64,000 bases of DNA from a virus (lineage: Duplodnaviria > Caudoviricetes). Made by a program: the position numbers and the translations under genes. The notes below the pieces were generated by a model. The model saw only the letters and a program-made list of their open reading frames with translations, searched no databases and was not told where the DNA came from. Positions 19,343-28,354 of this stretch are shown one piece after another. Each line of letters starts with the position of its first letter. Position 1 is the stretch's first letter. The stretch covers positions 96,001-160,000 of the IMG/VR virus record IMGVR_UViG_3300014208_000023. One strand, 5' to 3'.

Positions 19343-19384
19343 TTTGAATTTTAGAAATGGATTTTGGCAATTTTCAACTATCAT
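19331..19384 (-). CDS. Putative leader peptide MIVENCQNPFLKFKGSA
   Basis: AAGGA SD 4 nt before the ATG; stop codon overlaps the end of the 5' arm of the sigma leader hairpin. Confidence 0.4.
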   Translation of the reverse strand: MIVENCQNPFLKFKGSA

Positions 19385-19440
19385 TATTTCCTTTTAAGTT
19401 TAGAAGTAAAATAATGTTTTGTTATTCCCATTCTGAAAAA

Positions 19441-19713
19441 TTATTTTATATTTTCATCAGGCCTATATGTGCTTAATAGTTCTGCCGCAAATTCATTATC
19501 AATTTCTTGATGCACTAACTGCTGCATTATATGCATTTCATCATCTCTAATCTTAAGCTCCTCATCGGTGAGTCGGATTGTAGAAATTAAATTCTGCTCA
19601 AAAGACGGAACTTTTAATTGATTGCATTGCGGCAATTGTTCTCTCAATTCTTCTGCTCGTTTTATGCCCTGTTTGAGATATTCTTTTAATTCTAAATATT
19701 CTTCTTCAGTCAT
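19441..19713 (-). CDS. Hypothetical protein
   Basis: 90-aa ORF. Confidence 0.65.
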   Translation of the reverse strand: MTEEEYLELKEYLKQGIKRAEELREQLPQCNQLKVPSFEQNLISTIRLTDEELKIRDDEMHIMQQLVHQEIDNEFAAELLSTYRPDENIK

Positions 19714-19862
19714 TTTATTATCCTTGGAACTGAACGTAATTGAGAAACATTAATTCCTGCCCGTTTCCAGTCTGGCCAAGATCTAACAATAGCAGCGGCC
19801 TCTTTTGCTTTTTTCCAGAAAATTCTATTTTCTTCGGTGGCCATATTACGAATTATTTTCAT
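19710..19862 (-). CDS. Hypothetical protein (50 aa)
   Basis: MKIIRNMATEENRIFWKKAKEAAAIVRSWPDWKRAG...; ATGA-coupled on both sides. Confidence 0.6.
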   Translation of the reverse strand: MKIIRNMATEENRIFWKKAKEAAAIVRSWPDWKRAGINVSQLRSVPRIIK

Positions 19863-19942
19863 TTTACTGTTACCAACATTATTCCCCATATAATAAAAAT
19901 TATAGCCATAACTGCTAAGGCAAAATTACTTGTTCGATCCAT
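19859..19942 (-). CDS. Small membrane peptide (27 aa)
   Basis: MDRTSNFALAVMAIIFIIWGIMLVTVK. Confidence 0.45.
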   Translation of the reverse strand: MDRTSNFALAVMAIIFIIWGIMLVTVK

Positions 19943-20090
19943 TGTTTTTTCTTCTTCTTTCACATTCTTCTATAAAAATAAAATCATTTATAATTTGATC
20001 ATCAATAAGTTTGGCGCAACTTTCTGCGGCTAATCTCACCAATTCTTCTCTTTCTTCATCAGAAAGATCGTCTAGAGTTTTTTCATTCAT
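19926..20090 (-). CDS. Hypothetical protein (54 aa)
   Basis: MNEKTLDDLSDEEREELVRLAAESCAK... Confidence 0.6.
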   Translation of the reverse strand: MNEKTLDDLSDEEREELVRLAAESCAKLIDDQIINDFIFIEECERRRKNNGSNK

Positions 20091-20349
20091 TTATTAATGC
20101 TCGTTTTTTGCTTTTTTCAACTTGTGCTTTCCACGCATCACGCCACTCTGAAGGCCATGGTGACGCTGGAACTAATGGCTCATTGCACCAACGAAAACGA
20201 TATAGGCCATTAAGAATGGCATCACTGTATGGTGACTTCTCTAATTTAGCCATAATTTCTAATTGCTCAGCAATCCAATTACGATCTTCTTTAGAAATGC
20301 GAACTAAATTTTCTGGCGACCAATCTTGACCAAAAATTATATTTTTCAT
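20083..20349 (-). CDS. Hypothetical protein
   Basis: 88-aa ORF. Confidence 0.65.
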   Translation of the reverse strand: MKNIIFGQDWSPENLVRISKEDRNWIAEQLEIMAKLEKSPYSDAILNGLYRFRWCNEPLVPASPWPSEWRDAWKAQVEKSKKRALINE

Positions 20350-20543
20350 TTGTTACCATATCCACTAGATGCCCAACCGCCGCCCTTTAAACTAAAAGCG
20401 GAAAGACTTATTAGTCTCTTGGGCTTGGGACTATCTTTGCCTTCCTCGCGACATAGAGGACATTCTTCTAGAGGATCATCAGTTATTTTTTGAGTTGCTT
20501 CAAATTGTTTTTCACATTGTTCGCAAGCGTATTCGTAAATCAT
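20346..20543 (-). CDS. FmdB-family zinc-ribbon protein
   Basis: MIYEYACEQC...FE..Q.I.D.PL.ECP.C...RLIS...F.LKGGGW. Confidence 0.88.
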   Translation of the reverse strand: MIYEYACEQCEKQFEATQKITDDPLEECPLCREEGKDSPKPKRLISLSAFSLKGGGWASSGYGNK

Positions 20544-20776
20544 ATTCCTCCTTTTAATTTCTCCACTTCTTCGGCCATTTTTTTCTGCAGCTCCTCATCG
20601 GTAATTTCATTGTTTGATCTCTTCTTTTCCGCTTCTGAAAGAGCATTATAAACTTGCTTTAGCTTATCAAATGAAGACGTTGGGGCTCGTCCCTGCTTTG
20701 CCTCACTAATAGCTTTTGAAAATTCAGCAAAAGCTAAATGGATAAGTTCTTTTTGATTTTTTTCTTGATCTGACAT
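20540..20776 (-). CDS. Hypothetical protein
   Basis: 78-aa ORF. Confidence 0.65.
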   Translation of the reverse strand: MSDQEKNQKELIHLAFAEFSKAISEAKQGRAPTSSFDKLKQVYNALSEAEKKRSNNEITDEELQKKMAEEVEKLKGGI

Positions 20777-20883
20777 TTATTTTCCTTAATTATTTTATAA
20801 GATCGCCATTCATCATCAATTCCTACGACAATTATTAATACCATAAAAATAAATGATAACAACAAGTCCAATCTTGGATCCAT
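20734..20883 (-). CDS. Small membrane protein (49 aa)
   Basis: MDPRLDLLLSFIFMVLIIVVGIDDEWRSYK... Confidence 0.45.
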   Translation of the reverse strand: MDPRLDLLLSFIFMVLIIVVGIDDEWRSYKIIKENKCQIKKKIKKNLSI

Positions 20884-21218
20884 CATCTTCTATTTTTATC
20901 CATCTGTTGTTGTAATGATTGGTATTTAGATTCGCCTAACACATTTGCATATAGGCTTTCTTTTTGATGAACCTCTCTTTTAAAGACGGCCGCATCCGCC
21001 TTGGTCTTATCGATTAGATCTCTACCAGTCAGCTCTACTATTCCACGACCAGACCCTCCAGAAATTAATCTGGTTACCTTGGTTGAGATGTCCTTGTCTT
21101 TTCTACAATGTGGGCATTCAGTTAGCTTGGCATCTTCTGATATTGAATGAAACTCCTCAAACTCTCCATGGCCTTGCTCTTCTGGTACCAATTCGCACTT
21201 ATAAACATATGTTGGCAT
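20883..21218 (-). CDS. FmdB-family zinc-ribbon protein (second copy)
   Basis: MPTYVYKC...HGEFEEFHSI...LTECPHC...RLISGG. Confidence 0.8.
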   Translation of the reverse strand: MPTYVYKCELVPEEQGHGEFEEFHSISEDAKLTECPHCRKDKDISTKVTRLISGGSGRGIVELTGRDLIDKTKADAAVFKREVHQKESLYANVLGESKYQSLQQQMDKNRR

Positions 21219-21219
21219 T

Positions 21220-22614
21220 TTATTCCTCGTTATCGGTTTCGAACTTCTCTAATTGTAGAGATATATCTTGATCATTTTGAGTTTCCTCAGAAAACCCAAC
21301 GTCGTTTAAAAACGCACAAGTTTCAAAGCTCTTGCGTAGTGAAAACTGCCCCTTGGGGCCACGACGATTCTTAATGATATGGCAGTTCATTGTTGGATAG
21401 TTTTGCTCTTCTGGCTTCGTCTCAAGCATAAGGCAAAGTGTAGATGGATTGATAATTGCCTTGGCTCTGGCTAGTCGAAAAACTCCCATCTGACTATCCT
21501 GCTTGCCTTGTTGAGTTTCGTTAAGCTGGACTCCGGTTAATAGGATTAAGTCATGGACCCTACAAAACTTGTATAGGTCTTCAGATATAGCCGTTTGTTT
21601 TAAATGGTCCTGATCTATCTCTTTATCGTCACAATCCATAATTCCGAGATAATCTACAACTACTACCTTGCTTTTGTGTTTGCGCTCAACGAAGTCACCA
21701 TATATAGCTTCCATTTGTGAAGCGGTGGCTCCCTTTGGAATATCTACAATAAGGAATTCGTGCTCGTAGTTCTTGATAAACTTTAGAGTTTTATCTAGCC
21801 TTACTTTTTGCTCATCAGTTAGGTTGGTGCTCTCAATTGCGCGAAGTGGTATCTGTGATATGTATGATATTAGTTTATCGAAACATTCCTCATATGGAAT
21901 TTCGAGTGAGTAATAAATGACCGAATGTCCTTCGCCGTGAAACTTATCATTATCAATAGAGTTATTTTGCATAAACATATTGACGGCCATGCTTAAAAGC
22001 AGGGTAGATTTTCCAGAACCAGACGATCCGCAGCATAGAACATATGAAGGAGATTTTAGGCCATTAGTGATAAAATCTAATGACGTGAATCCTGTGAACA
22101 TGCCCTTGGCTAGATCAGGATTCTCATGTCTTGCCTTAAAACGATCAACGAAGTTTTCTATTCCTTCACGTAATGTATGTTGGGCATAAACTTTTTGAGT
22201 ATCAACTTCTTTAATCGACATAAGGGCCGACTGTATGTTCGCATAGTTTTTGGCGAAGTCGGAATCCTTATCGAGGAGGCCCTTCAATCTGGCCACTGCA
22301 TTTTCCTGATAACGCTTCTTTAGTTTTTCGAGATCAAGATTAAACTCTTTCTCGTCATACTTAATTGCATTAATCTTCTCATAAGTCTTTTCTATATAAG
22401 CAAGAAATGTTTCATTCTTTCCAGCCTTATCTAGAAGGGCTCGCTTGGTTGGAATTTCTTTATAGATTTTAAGATAGTCAATAACTAATTTTGCAAATCT
22501 CCAAAGATCTGGATGCAACAATTTTTCGGAAGAATCCTGACTGAATTCCATCCCGTATTTTCGATTAGAAATAATCGTCTTGAGTATATCTAGGTCTAAC
22601 TTTTCAACGTCCAT
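21220..22614 (-). CDS. dnaB: DnaB-like replicative helicase
   Basis: TGF..LD....G, GSSGSGKS Walker A, SLE, VVVDYL, KNRRGP. Confidence 0.88.
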   Translation of the reverse strand: MDVEKLDLDILKTIISNRKYGMEFSQDSSEKLLHPDLWRFAKLVIDYLKIYKEIPTKRALLDKAGKNETFLAYIEKTYEKINAIKYDEKEFNLDLEKLKKRYQENAVARLKGLLDKDSDFAKNYANIQSALMSIKEVDTQKVYAQHTLREGIENFVDRFKARHENPDLAKGMFTGFTSLDFITNGLKSPSYVLCCGSSGSGKSTLLLSMAVNMFMQNNSIDNDKFHGEGHSVIYYSLEIPYEECFDKLISYISQIPLRAIESTNLTDEQKVRLDKTLKFIKNYEHEFLIVDIPKGATASQMEAIYGDFVERKHKSKVVVVDYLGIMDCDDKEIDQDHLKQTAISEDLYKFCRVHDLILLTGVQLNETQQGKQDSQMGVFRLARAKAIINPSTLCLMLETKPEEQNYPTMNCHIIKNRRGPKGQFSLRKSFETCAFLNDVGFSEETQNDQDISLQLEKFETDNEE

Positions 22615-23362
22615 TGTCTTCCTTTACATTCTTTCTAAAATCAGGGCCTCTTGCCGCAAACTCTTTTACATTAGCCATTAAGCTTCCCAGGCTTTCTTTG
22701 AAGGCCCCATTAAATCCCTCTAACATATTTGGACTGTTAGATATAAAGATATTTGGTAGTTTATTTGCAAATCTGGTTCGTATGATATTTTCTAAAGCCT
22801 TAGCGAATAGATCTGCCGTGTTCTCTGAGGCAGTAAAGAACCTGCTATCCAACTCATCTATAACGAGCATATCTACCTGCACCAATTCTTTCTTGGCTGC
22901 ATACTTCTCTTCAAAGGGCGCCTCGATAATTACATTAACCATATCGGTCAGCGTAGTATATAGGCAGTTATAATTCTTCTCTGCCATCTTACGAAGTATG
23001 GACGTTGCAACCATAGTTTTACCTAGGCCATGCGTTCCTAATAAGGCGCAGTTAAGTCCCTTACTATAAACATTCTGCAGGTTGCTTATAGACCCAGAAT
23101 AAACAGTTTTAAATACTTCTGGGCCCTTAAAATCTTTCATAGAAAGATTCCAATATTCTATTGGAATATTGGATTCGTAATAACGATGAAGAGCGATTGT
23201 CCTTACAGAACATCGCTCACATATACCATCCATAGTCTCTGCCGACTTAATGTTTTTTAGAGAACATTCCTTGCAGTCCTGCACTAAAGCTAGTATCTGC
23301 TCGAACAGTTTTCTTTTGGGTATGTTCGATAGTGCGCGGGAACGATTGATTGAGTGGGACAT
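22604..23362 (-). CDS. DnaC/IstB-like AAA+ ATPase (helicase loader)
   Basis: CxxC..CxxC zinc site, GTHGLGKT Walker A, LVIDEL Walker B; adjacent to DnaB. Confidence 0.82.
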   Translation of the reverse strand: MSHSINRSRALSNIPKRKLFEQILALVQDCKECSLKNIKSAETMDGICERCSVRTIALHRYYESNIPIEYWNLSMKDFKGPEVFKTVYSGSISNLQNVYSKGLNCALLGTHGLGKTMVATSILRKMAEKNYNCLYTTLTDMVNVIIEAPFEEKYAAKKELVQVDMLVIDELDSRFFTASENTADLFAKALENIIRTRFANKLPNIFISNSPNMLEGFNGAFKESLGSLMANVKEFAARGPDFRKNVKEDNGR

Positions 23363-23678
23363 AAGGGTCTTTCTTTGTTGCGGTAACTGGTAGCTGCATC
23401 TTATCTTTTAATGAGGATCTTTCTATGGCATTCATATCGCCACGCGCTTGAACTAGTTTTTCAAGATCTTCTTTTGTTTTATTTGGTTTCTCGGCAAGAT
23501 AAGAAAATACTTCTTGTGCCGTATTTACTTTGTAAAAGAGAACGCTTTCTTTAATATCTGGAATAACCGTAGATGAGAATCCATCCAAAGACTGTAGAAC
23601 CATCTCGTTGTTATCTAGTGAGATAAGGCTTCCTTCGACTTGAATTGCATTTTTGAATACTACTGTAATATGCTTCAT
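23247..23678 (-). CDS. Hypothetical protein
   Basis: 143-aa ORF; 3' end overlaps the loader gene. Confidence 0.6.
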   Translation of the reverse strand: MKHITVVFKNAIQVEGSLISLDNNEMVLQSLDGFSSTVIPDIKESVLFYKVNTAQEVFSYLAEKPNKTKEDLEKLVQARGDMNAIERSSLKDKMQLPVTATKKDPYVPLNQSFPRTIEHTQKKTVRADTSFSAGLQGMFSKKH

Positions 23679-23688
23679 TGTTTAGCCA

Positions 23689-24228
23689 TTATAAATTGAT
23701 GTTAATGTATGCCACTGGATAAGCCACATTTATGGTGGTGGTGGTGGTTGCCGTTGAAGTTGTGTATCCTGCAATCGCTCCAGCATAACCAACGGTAGCG
23801 GTAGAAAATGTGTCGTAATAATTATTAGAAACTGGAGATATTGCGATTGGCGTAATTATCTTGTCCATAATTTTCTTATATTTTTCATAAAATTGAGTGG
23901 CTCTTACTACGCTATTTGGATAGATAAATCCATAGCTATCATATAGCTGTTCGATATTTCTAAATGGGCATTCTGAAGTAAAACGATATGTATCATATAT
24001 GAATTTCAATACGCCATTCATTATAATGACACGCTGTTCCTCGTTAATAGAGGATGAGGGCGCTACAATCTCAAATTTTCTAAAAAAATTCCTATCCCAT
24101 AATTTATATTTGAAAGTAAAAAAATCGGCGCCTACTAGAGTAGTTATATATTCAATATTTAATAACATTTTTTTACTTTCATTACCATCTAAATGATGGT
24201 TTATGTCTTGGCTTCTCAATAACGCCAT
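23689..24228 (-). CDS. Hypothetical protein
   Basis: 179 aa, Thr-rich C-terminus. Confidence 0.6.
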   Translation of the reverse strand: MALLRSQDINHHLDGNESKKMLLNIEYITTLVGADFFTFKYKLWDRNFFRKFEIVAPSSSINEEQRVIIMNGVLKFIYDTYRFTSECPFRNIEQLYDSYGFIYPNSVVRATQFYEKYKKIMDKIITPIAISPVSNNYYDTFSTATVGYAGAIAGYTTSTATTTTTINVAYPVAYININL

Positions 24229-24538
24229 CTATTAATTGCCTATGCTCCTTGTAGAATGGCGTAGTTCTAATTTGTGCTATTGATGACGAGAACGTTTTAC
24301 TCATTACTAGCTTAAAGTTTTTACACAATGATTGGTTTGAAAATTTATAAGCATAATATATGCTGTATAGCAATTCATTTATATGATCTTCATTATTAAG
24401 ATCGCCACTTTCTTTTCTCTTATACCTTGCGGCAAAATCGTGTTTAAATGCAGTGTCATTTAATCTATAATACTGTATTACGTCTTTAGGATTTTCCCGG
24501 TCAAACGTAGTAAATTTTGTAGCCAATCCTACATACAT
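24182..24538 (-). CDS. Hypothetical protein
   Basis: 118-aa ORF. Confidence 0.6.
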   Translation of the reverse strand: MYVGLATKFTTFDRENPKDVIQYYRLNDTAFKHDFAARYKRKESGDLNNEDHINELLYSIYYAYKFSNQSLCKNFKLVMSKTFSSSIAQIRTTPFYKEHRQLIDGVIEKPRHKPSFRW

Positions 24539-24551
24539 AATGTTCTCCGAA

Positions 24552-25151
24552 TCATTTTACCTTTTCTAGCATTGAAAGATCAAATCCTGACTGTTGTATC
24601 CAAATCAGTAAGGTCTTATCATTATTATCGGCAGATCCAGTATCCACCATTCTTTTGATGAATGCTAGATCTCCATACGTTTTACAATCAACCTTAAGTC
24701 TTAAGGCCATGTCTAGGAAGTTTGCTGGCAATTCCGTCGTGCGATCAACATTTTGTGTCTTATCCATAGCTAGCTTCTTAAACTTATATTCATTAGTAAT
24801 ATTCAAATCAGTAACGAAAGCTAGACTAGTAATTCTCTTCTTCTTTAGAATTATTTTGTGCTCAAAAAACCAATCAATATAGTCTTTTAATATTTCTGGG
24901 TCCGAACTAATCATCTGCCCAAGTTTTCTTATTTGAAAGACTTCATATGATTTAGATGGACTGTTTGCATTAAATCTAAAAGAGAATTTAGTTCCGTAGT
25001 GATCCAGATATCGTTTTGAAAAATACGATAATAGATGAACAACTTGCCAATCTTTAATTGGCAATGCTTCGATCTCTGAAAATCTTTTGAAGAACTTTTC
25101 CCAGTATATAGAGGGATATTCTTCTATCCTTAGATTATTGCTTGGAGTCAT
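24552..25151 (-). CDS. Hypothetical protein (replication-module associated)
   Basis: 199-aa helical ORF between the SF2 helicase and DnaB/DnaC. Confidence 0.65.
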   Translation of the reverse strand: MTPSNNLRIEEYPSIYWEKFFKRFSEIEALPIKDWQVVHLLSYFSKRYLDHYGTKFSFRFNANSPSKSYEVFQIRKLGQMISSDPEILKDYIDWFFEHKIILKKKRITSLAFVTDLNITNEYKFKKLAMDKTQNVDRTTELPANFLDMALRLKVDCKTYGDLAFIKRMVDTGSADNNDKTLLIWIQQSGFDLSMLEKVK

Positions 25152-25455
25152 TTTTATCCATATTGGTTTTTATATATTCATCTACGGCATTCTTTAATAT
25201 TGCTGGTGGCCATGTAGCCATAGTTCCGTGCTCTCTACACAAATATAATCCCATTGGATCGTTTAATGCTACATCACATTCTTCACATATTTTAATAGCT
25301 CTCATATCTATATTGCCATCATATCTAAAAGATATTTTGTTTTTAGGCATCCACCCGCCAACATAAAAACTTTCTTCATCCTTGCTTATCTCAAGGATTC
25401 TTCCTTGGGCACCGTCGCCACAATTAACTATGTGTCCAACCTCTAACTTTTTCAT
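25135..25455 (-). CDS. Hypothetical protein
   Basis: 106-aa ORF. Confidence 0.65.
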   Translation of the reverse strand: MKKLEVGHIVNCGDGAQGRILEISKDEESFYVGGWMPKNKISFRYDGNIDMRAIKICEECDVALNDPMGLYLCREHGTMATWPPAILKNAVDEYIKTNMDKNDSKQ

Positions 25456-26927
25456 ACCTTAATTCCTTTAGGGACATGAACTTCAAATCCCTTTTCCTGA
25501 CAATATATATGATATCTTCTCTTGCTGTGGTTTTTCAAGAACAATGCGTTGTCCCAAAAATCTACAACACGAACTTCCGTTTTGCCTGGGTGAATACGAA
25601 TCACGCGACCTATTCTCTGCAATGCTCTTACTAAACTTTTGTTTGGACTAGCTAACACCAAAGCATTTAAGCTGCTGATATCGACTCCGGTGTCGTAGAT
25701 GCTGCTTGATATAACACAACGTAGCTCGCCTGAAAGCAGTCTTGCTTTTATTTCTTCACGACGTTCTAATTTGTCTTTGCCGCTCAGCATCTCGACCTTT
25801 ATGCCCTCTTTACGAAGCATCTCAAGAAGTTTTTTGCCATGAGTAATTTGCCTAAACAAAACAAGAGTTTGAAATCCGTTCTCTACAAGTTTTTTTGTAG
25901 AGGTAACGATCATTCTATTTCTAGTGGTGTTCTCCACAATATATTCTTTATATATTCCTAGATAAGTTCTACTTTCTAAATACTCTTTTGGAACCTCAAA
26001 AAATTTGATTACTGGTTTTATTAGGAACCCTTTGTCTATTAATTCTGATGCTGGGATATCTACAATAATATCTCCAAGCAGCGCTTTAATTAGCAAATCG
26101 GTTTCTTCTAGCTTATGAGGGGTTCCAGACATTCCGTATATGTATTCTGGATTGATGCTTGAGTAGATTTTCTTGAAGCTATCTGTGGATGCTCCGTGAC
26201 ACTCATCAAAAACAATAACCTTAGCGGATTTAATCATTGCCTGGATTTTACCAGCATCACTTTCATTGAACTTTTCTTTTTCGTCGTCGTCATCGGATAC
26301 CTTTATCTTTTTCTTTGGTGATAAAGATTTAGCGGCGGTCCAAAGACTTACTATATTGATTCTTCGTATTTCACAAACCCCATTGCCTACGTAACCAATT
26401 TCTTCTTGAAAGATTTCAGAGAATAGATCGTGAAACTGCTGCAACAAATCTAGCCCTACAACAAAAATATTGGTAGGCTTATTAAGTGCGGCAACTATAA
26501 TGGCCGAAATTAATGTCTTACCAGAACCGGTGCAAGACTTTATAATGCCCTGCCTATGGTTGAGGGCTGCCTTGACTGCATTGATTTGATAATACCGAGG
26601 CACTTTTTTTAGTTCTACCAGCCTCTTACTTATATCTATAGGCTCAGCGTTCTCGACAACCGGCCTGCGATCTATAACTTCAAAAGTAATTTGATTTTCT
26701 GTCAAAAACTTCCGCGTCATATCTAGCAGTCCAATAGGAAATTGCCCCTTCTTGTTCAGAAGGTGATTGATGCCGTTCCATCCGAACCTCTGGTATTGAG
26801 GGGAAAACTCAATACCAGGCTCTTTATAAGAAAGAAGCTTGTCCAATTTTTTAAGGATATCTTCATCTTCAAGGGTGACTTGAGCGTATTTGTTGTTGGG
26901 GAGTATTACGATTTCGGTTTGAGCCAT
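25452..26927 (-). CDS. SF2 DEAD/DEAH-box helicase (UvsW-like)
   Basis: PRYYQ, TGSGKT, DECH, SGTP, QRIGRVIR. Confidence 0.92.
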   Translation of the reverse strand: MAQTEIVILPNNKYAQVTLEDEDILKKLDKLLSYKEPGIEFSPQYQRFGWNGINHLLNKKGQFPIGLLDMTRKFLTENQITFEVIDRRPVVENAEPIDISKRLVELKKVPRYYQINAVKAALNHRQGIIKSCTGSGKTLISAIIVAALNKPTNIFVVGLDLLQQFHDLFSEIFQEEIGYVGNGVCEIRRINIVSLWTAAKSLSPKKKIKVSDDDDEKEKFNESDAGKIQAMIKSAKVIVFDECHGASTDSFKKIYSSINPEYIYGMSGTPHKLEETDLLIKALLGDIIVDIPASELIDKGFLIKPVIKFFEVPKEYLESRTYLGIYKEYIVENTTRNRMIVTSTKKLVENGFQTLVLFRQITHGKKLLEMLRKEGIKVEMLSGKDKLERREEIKARLLSGELRCVISSSIYDTGVDISSLNALVLASPNKSLVRALQRIGRVIRIHPGKTEVRVVDFWDNALFLKNHSKRRYHIYCQEKGFEVHVPKGIKV

Positions 26928-27691
26928 TCAGATACCATTCCAAAAAAACTAACCAGCATAGACGCTATCCCTACGCCTGCCTTTTCAACTTCAGCCTGGA
27001 GGACTTGCTGTGCTTCTCCTATACCCTGCTTCGTTGTAGTTTGATTGGAATTATCTAAATGTAACGGTTCTGGTAAAACTGTAAGCTCCCCCATTGGGGC
27101 TGGCTCTGGATCTATAGTTACCCATGGTTGTAATGGTGGGGCCTCATCTAAATTAAGTGAGGCGAGGGCATGTTCATAGTCAGTGCTTTTCATATATGGA
27201 TTATAGAATCTCGTCATTCCGGCAATATAATCTTTAAGTGGTGCCGTATAGTATCCGTGAGCACGAATGATAGTTGCGAATCCAACTAAATTGCCAGATT
27301 CTATTGCTGGCCAAGCTGAAGCATATCTTTTATTTTTTAAAAGACCAAGATGGAATACTGCTCCGGCATGAAGATCGTGAAAAGATCTAAACCACGAACC
27401 AGGATTAGATGCTGGCAAATTAACCCTAACGCCATTGATTATTTCCCACACCCCGTTAAGCGCCATATACTCTATGGTTTGACCAGGAATATCTACCGCT
27501 TTAACATTTCCTAAATTATTGTTCCATGCAAAATTACCTCCACCAGTCTCAATACCGTGCTGGGCAACTATAACTCCTATTGAGGCCTTACTTGGAATAT
27601 CTCCAAGCAATTCGTGCCAAGCGCCTATAAGAGCTGCGCATAACTCTATTTGAGAATATTTCGTCTTAACAGTATCAACTCTTACTAGCAT
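26906..27691 (-). CDS. GH73/FlgJ-like peptidoglycan hydrolase (endolysin candidate)
   Basis: AQHGIETG, NNLGNVK, FRSF, GYYTAP..Y; GGGG SD before ATG at 27691. Confidence 0.8.
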   Translation of the reverse strand: MLVRVDTVKTKYSQIELCAALIGAWHELLGDIPSKASIGVIVAQHGIETGGGNFAWNNNLGNVKAVDIPGQTIEYMALNGVWEIINGVRVNLPASNPGSWFRSFHDLHAGAVFHLGLLKNKRYASAWPAIESGNLVGFATIIRAHGYYTAPLKDYIAGMTRFYNPYMKSTDYEHALASLNLDEAPPLQPWVTIDPEPAPMGELTVLPEPLHLDNSNQTTTKQGIGEAQQVLQAEVEKAGVGIASMLVSFFGMVSEWLKPKS

Positions 27692-27875
27692 TAGTTCCCC
27701 TTCTTTGTTCGGTGGCGTCATGAACTGCTTTGATGCAGTGATTGCATCTCCACTCAACATCTCGTGGCGGATCGCTACATAACGATAATGTTACCACTAA
27801 ATCTTTAGTTGTAGCACAAATATCACAATGGGCCCCATACCAACCTCTAGTTGATGGCGGAAGTGGTAATGTCAT
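27675..27875 (-). CDS. Zinc-finger-like protein (paralog of 1117..1443)
   Basis: CDIC...RCNHCIKAVHDATEQR. Confidence 0.7.
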   Translation of the reverse strand: MTLPLPPSTRGWYGAHCDICATTKDLVVTLSLCSDPPRDVEWRCNHCIKAVHDATEQRRGTNASKS

Positions 27876-28174
27876 TCTTTTACTTTACTTTTTGTAAGAG
27901 AATCTTTTACAGATACCGCGACGCCTAATCCTTTGATATCGTATTCGGTCATCTCATCTTCGGGAACCTCAATCAGATGAACATATCCAGCTATATCAAA
28001 AAACTTATTGCAAGACATACACTTATAGTGATAAGCAAAGTCCTGATCGATATGGCCGCTTGCTCCACAAGAACAAACTATATCCATACAAACATCAGTA
28101 CCTTTCCATTGAATCCATCCATGTGGTCCATCTGGTCGCTTGGTTTCTTGACGCTCATATCGTTTGTTAATCAT
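27872..28174 (-). CDS. Cys-rich hypothetical protein
   Basis: WIQWKGTDVCMDIVCSCG...C..C. Confidence 0.7.
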   Translation of the reverse strand: MINKRYERQETKRPDGPHGWIQWKGTDVCMDIVCSCGASGHIDQDFAYHYKCMSCNKFFDIAGYVHLIEVPEDEMTEYDIKGLGVAVSVKDSLTKSKVKE

Positions 28175-28183
28175 TTTTACCTA

Positions 28184-28354
28184 TCATTCTAAATTAGAAT
28201 TGCCATATGCAACAGTGTCAGGATCTATTTTTTTATTTTTGGACATATGTATATTGCAATCATCACATAAATATTCTGGATTTTCGCCTTCTAATTTAAT
28301 GGCCGCAAAACTTCCACACAAATCACAATTTGGTATCCAATCGCTTGTGCTCAT
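28184..28354 (-). CDS. Small zinc-finger protein (56 aa, not in ORF track)
   Basis: MSTSDWIPNCDLCG...YLCDDCN; overlaps the tubulin stop. Confidence 0.65.
   Translation of the reverse strand: MSTSDWIPNCDLCGSFAAIKLEGENPEYLCDDCNIHMSKNKKIDPDTVAYGNSNLE

Noticed and set aside
19740-20033. Plus-strand ORF from the track
   Set aside because: Antisense shadow of three translationally coupled minus-strand small genes
16107-22614. Inteins in NrdJ or DnaB
   Set aside because: Lengths and motif spacing fit uninterrupted proteins; no LAGLIDADG or HN-C/S/T junctions seen
23735-23765. GTG/ACC triplet run (Thr tract) as a functional repeat
   Set aside because: Short low-complexity codon run within one ORF
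26649-26660. Motif copy inside the SF2 helicase as a functional site
   Set aside because: Encodes VVEN in mid-gene with no nearby downstream start; noted only as a partial match
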